A stretch of DNA of 56,346 nucleotides, counting the filler, from Bipalium vagum (taxonomy: Eukaryota), in the NCBI GenBank assembly GCA_037834085.1. It is 3 parts of 3 records of this genome, joined end to end, with 100 filler letters (N's around TTAATTAATTAA, not from the genome) between each part and the next. Parts side by side here need not be neighbours in the genome. Positions count along the whole stretch, not along the records: positions 39,801 to 56,346 come from JBBMKC010106225.1; 2 more parts are not named here. One strand, given 5' to 3'. The notes below the pieces were generated by a model. The model did not search any database. It saw nothing but the letters and a program-made list of their open reading frames with translations, and was not told where the DNA came from. The position numbers were made by a program, and so were the translations under genes. Below, one piece after another: positions 51,380 to 56,346 of the stretch; the stretch's first letter is position 1, and each line of letters starts with the position of its first letter.

Positions 51380-51731
51380 TTCTCGTAAGGATCAAAATAT
51401 AGACCAGCTCCGCTGGCTGGAGTGAATCTCAACCTGATCTTTGTTTTATAATTTTGATTTTATTCTTACAAATTTTTTGTAATAAATTCTTTTCTTTCAG
51501 ATTTCTCTAAAATTTTATATTCAGAACTATTTAGAATTATCTTTTAAACCTTTTCCAAAATAAGGATCTTTTCATTCTCTGCATTATTTTTGCTGCTTCT
51601 TTTGCTTTCTGAATAGTTGTTGCAATACCTCCTGCAACTCTACCAGCTACTTCTAATCCTGCAAATATTGCTCCTAAAATTGGAATTAATGGAATAATTC
51701 CGCCTTGTTTTTTAAAATTTACATTTAACAA
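51380..51731 (-). pseudogene. Polinton adenovirus pX-like small virion protein remnant
   Basis: KKQGGIIPLIPILGAIFAGLEVAGRVAGGIATTI, followed after frameshifts by GKGL and GAGLYFDPY. Confidence 0.65.
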
Positions 51732-53029
51732 AAAATAAAATATTTTTATTTCCTAAGATAGTTTTTAAGAAAAAAACTTATTTTTAAAATTAAAATAAAT
51801 ATATTTTTATTACATCACAGCGATTTGTTATTGGTTTAAGTATAGAATGCCATTCTGTAATTTTACCAATCAAATTAAAGTTTATTTTGATCACATAAAC
51901 TCCGAATTGTTTTAAAGTTTTTCTTAATAAATTATAATGATAATCCATAATTAAAAATTTTTTATGTTTTTCAGAAAAGCATGAAAAGCGAATTTAAAAA
52001 TCAATATACTCTTTTGTATAATCGATTCCATTATTTTTCAATAATCCCATATAATTTAGTTTAGATAGGATTTTTAATTTTACAAATGCTTTTCCTTGAA
52101 TTGAATAAAATGTTTGTTGATCTTTGTAATTCTTTTTAGACGAAGATCACATTTTTAATGCCACTCAAACAATTTTTCAAATTTGATAAAGCAGATAAAT
52201 TAGACATATTTTTCACTAGTCTTGTATTATCTATCTATTCTTGAATTTAAAATTTTATTTAAAATTTTCTATTATTCATTTCTCTCTTTTTCTTCTGTTC
52301 TGTAATGATATTTTCTAATATCCTATCACTATTTGATTTTGATGAGTCCAACAAATCATCTTCATTAGGAGATACCATTTCAATATTTTCATTTTTGATT
52401 AAAAATAAATTTTTTACATTTTGTCATTATATTTTTAGACAATGATCATTTCCATAATTTAGATTTAGATAATTGGTTCATTTTTCATATTCTTTAATTT
52501 TAATTATATCCACCATTGCCTAAAAACTATAATTAAAATGAATAAATATAAATTTTAAGTAATTTATTTAATAAATCGATTTGTGACCAGTTTAGTCAAA
52601 TTTAATTTAAGAAAACCTTTTGGTTAATTTTTCTTAAATTAATTTTGAAAACAATACCTGATAATAATAAAATTTTACTTGATCTTTTTATGTTGAAAAT
52701 AATAAATAGATTTTTTTGATGATCTGTTATATATATAAATTACTAATTGTTATAGTTACTATTGACATTATAAAAATTACAAATATAACAATTAATTTCT
52801 GACATTAGCATTCTAAAAATAATGATAAAAAAAATAAATTTAAAAAATGATAAATAAATACTAAATAATAAGAAAAGTTTATGAGAAATTTAAAATTAAA
52901 TTTCCTTTCCATTTTTGTTTAACTTTTTCATATTTCATTCAATTCTAGAAAGTATTCATGTATTTTATGAGCGATTATATCTTAAAATCAAATATTTTCT
53001 TTAAGATGAAGATTTCTGAAACTCTGAGA

Positions 53030-53245
53030 CTTCAGAACTCTGAGCTACGCTGCAATTCATTCTCATAAAGTCTACCTAATATTTTTCTCCTCTTAAATCA
53101 ATAATTCCATAAACAGATGGATTTGTAAAATAAATTTCATTAATAATAAATATTTCATTTGTCCATTTTGCGGTATATCCTTTTTCAAATTTATTTTTAT
53201 AAAAATTCATACACGATCTCCACTATGAAATTTTGGTTTTGAAAG
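53030..53245 (-). pseudogene. Second Polinton integrase C-terminal fragment
   Basis: KPKFHSGDRV, NKFEKGYTAKWTNEIF, GEKILGRLYENELQR; clearly homologous to 50440-50650. Confidence 0.85.
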
Positions 53246-56200
53246 CTTTTCTTCAGAAAGCAGAGCTCGTAAGAATAATTGAGAGACAGAGGAAATTTTA
53301 TGGGTTGTGTCTACTTTTAATTTCTCATAAATAATTATTTTAACCAATTTGAATTTGTCTTATAATCATAGAATATTACGGTTTATTATCCATATAAGCT
53401 TCTTTGTAATCTGTTTATTATAGTATTTGTTTTAAAATATAGTTAGAATAGTTCTACGAACTTCACACTAACTCAATACAAAGACTCAAATTAATCAAAT
53501 AAGAAATCTAGATTGTTTGAAATAAAATTCATATTTTTGAAATCGCGATTACAAGTTTTATTTGAATTGAAATGCTTTTTCAATATTACTGAGGCTCAAA
53601 GAATGGAAAAATGGTGATGAAAAATATTAACAAACTTTCAAATGACATTGGCTGAATATTTTTTTAGTTATTGGTTATTTTATTGAGCTTATTTTCTTGA
53701 ATTATAATTTTGTATAACTGTTCATTTAAATATTTTTCTAATATTAGTTTCCGATTCCAGTAATATATTTAAATTCAATTTTCAATATATATTACTAAAA
53801 TATACTGTTTCCCGATGGAAAATTTAATACCTTTTTCAAAATTAAAATTGCTTGAGTTATTCAACATGTAATATCTCATTTCGTCTTCATTTTCAATCGA
53901 TATTAAAGAAAGACAGATACCACGTAGTTTGAATACTTTCCAATTAATTATTTTCAAAATTACAGTCAAATTGTTGATTCTTATTTTATCAGTTTCTGAT
54001 AATTTTCTTTTTCCCGAAAATATTTCACAGTTTGCAATTTGATATTTGATTTTGATGATGAATATATTAAATTTATCAAAAAGAATTTTCTCATTTTTTA
54101 TTGGTAGAAATTTCGTCAATTTGTAACAATGGAATTCATTCATACCTTGTTTGAGTTGCTTTTCCGTTATTCCAGGATGAGGAACGTTTAAAGATATAAT
54201 TCCTTTTCTTGAGGAAAATATTGTATTTAATATTCGTTATTCCTGAAAGTTTATTACTATTATGGTTAATATTTATTATTTGACTATTTATTTCTTTTAC
54301 TGTTGTGAGTGATAAGACTCTGATTTCTTCGTTTGGTAATTAATGTCCAACTTGTTGAAGTTTGCTTAAAAGACTTTCCTTCATCATCATTACAATCATT
54401 ATGTATGTACAATACATCAATGTAATACCTGATTCATATTTAAGACATTATTTCGTTGCCTAAATTTTTTTCTGCAATTCTTAATTGTAGGTTAGATAAT
54501 TGGAGTAATGTTAAAAAATTATAAAAATTATTCCAATTATGCTTCACTAATTTCATAATGCACATTATAAAATATTATTAAATTTGTATTATTGTCTATT
54601 AAGAAATAGTCTTAAATAATTATTCTTAATGCACACTAACAAATATTATTTAATTTTTGTTTTTGTACTATTACATAATTAGTCTTAATAAGATAGAAAG
54701 TTATTTTTATTACTATATACATTCATGTATTTAACATTTGATAAACATGGATAGTGAATTTTAATTGATGCAGCAGTAAGATTGAAACAAAATTCATAAA
54801 GCACTTAAGAAATAAGGAAAATTTTAAGAATACATGTAATTCAAAGCATGACGAATTAAAATATGATCATATAAAGTTTATCACACCAAAAACCTTAAAT
54901 ATTTTGAAATTGAATAAAATTATTTACTTCGATAAGACTTATTTTATATTATCAAATACTGTCTTGTATCTGATGTGTATTTTGTATATATGTTTTTACA
55001 TATTGTAATATTAGGGTTTTCGCTGACATTTTAAATGTACTGACTATGATTTAATTGATTAACAATATTATTTTCTGTCTAAAATCGTTTTAGAAACAGA
55101 AATTGGTTTTTTCTATTTTTATAAACTGATAAAACTTTATTAAAAGTAGAAAATTAATTAATATAAAGAAAATGATAAACTTTTATAAGTCAATGAAATG
55201 ATCAAGTGTTAGTTAATCAAAGATTGGAGAGAAAAGAATCATTTTGTAAATATTCTAAATTTATTCTATATTTAGTACTGTAATTTGTAAATTAAATCTT
55301 AAATGATAGTGGTTTATTAAATACTTAATACTCGAAATAATTTCTCTAAAGACGACAAATGAATATAGATGTGAGGCATAGCTAAATTAAAAACATAATG
55401 AAAAAACACCTTCGACTCGGCTTGATGATCCATAATATAATGTTTACCTAAGTGGTAGCGATAACTTTGAAGTATGATGATTGACCATGGTCATAACATT
55501 AACCTCATGAAGATTATTAAAATCTGATTAGAAAAGATGGAAAGCACGACAATTCCGATGTCACCTCTGACTCATGCGTACGTCTGTCAATGAGAATTTT
55601 GTCTAAAAAAAATAGAAAATGGCATAGTTGAGAGAAGAATGATTGTCCTAAAAAATAAAATAAAACTCATTTTTCGTAATATGGTTTTCATAGTTTATAA
55701 TACTAAAATAAGTACACAAAATAAATTGAATAAATTGTTTAATATTTAATTTTAGAGTTTCCGTGCCTATTGGATTCATAATAATGCATTATACAATGTA
55801 CTTTAGCACTGTTAAACTATTTGTCTAACTTAAGTGTAATATCAAGTATAAATGTAACAATTTTAAAATAAAACTAAGTCAAATAAAATACTAATACTAA
55901 ATTATGTTATGGTTTTAAAAAAAAATTAAAAAAACTTTTTAGTGTAAAGACAAAAATCTTTCTCTACAATATAGATTGAGTCAACATTAGATTTTCTTAA
56001 AACCAAACAGTATTTTATTGAAAAAAGTCTTTCAGTGATAGTTGAGCGTGTATGTATTGACAATTCTTGAATAATTATCTTTAACATTAAGGGAAATATT
56101 TTTTCGTTTTTAATTCAAAATTTCTTGTATAAAAAATTTCCAAAAAAACAATTAATTTCTTTGGCCAAGGGATCTTTCACGATTATATATACCTTTTATT

Positions 56201-56346
56201 AAGGTGAACCATAAGTTTTTTCGTTTTTTATTGAAAACTTAAAAACAACGTTAAACAAAAACAAAAACTTATTAAGTTTCAAAGTATAAACCATTTGCAC
56301 TAATGGTTTGAAGCCATCTATTGGAAAGTTCGCTGATCCCGCAGTG

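Larger units (their letters stand above)
39801..53260. mobile_element. Decayed Polinton/Maverick region with nested insertions
   Basis: Co-located remnants of capsid, protein-primed PolB, packaging ATPase, pX-like protein and integrase in extremely AT-rich DNA. Outer termini not seen; more than one element may be involved. Confidence 0.85.

Noticed and set aside
53775-54143. 122-aa minus-strand ORF
   Set aside because: AT-driven I/K/N/F composition and no recognisable motif.

Overview
Very AT-rich animal genomic DNA with many 47-72 nt GT-AG introns; a freshwater planarian or similar invertebrate is my inference, not a proven assignment. Two 100-nt assembly gaps carry a TTAATTAATTAA spacer. 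Host genes: the 3' six exons of a FARP1/2-like RhoGEF (+), an intronless CYP2-clan P450 (-), a complete 13-exon porcupine Wnt O-acyltransferase (-), an intronless double-RING protein (-), a divergent stand-alone ubiquitin-like protein ending RGG-SK (+), and an intronless rhodopsin-class GPCR (+). Introns and intergenic DNA hold decayed mariner/Tc1/pogo/Merlin copies, MITEs and possible solo LTRs. From the second gap to ~53.3 kb lies a decayed Polinton/Maverick (capsid, pPolB, packaging ATPase, pX-like protein, integrase). Its ATPase is split at the RGR/H motif by a 1,674-bp mini-Polinton with AGTAGTAG termini, a perfect 6-bp TSD (CTTCCT) and ~235-bp TIRs whose outer ~180 bp are themselves fold-back units. 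Protein assignments come from manual translation and recalled family motifs; no searches were run.
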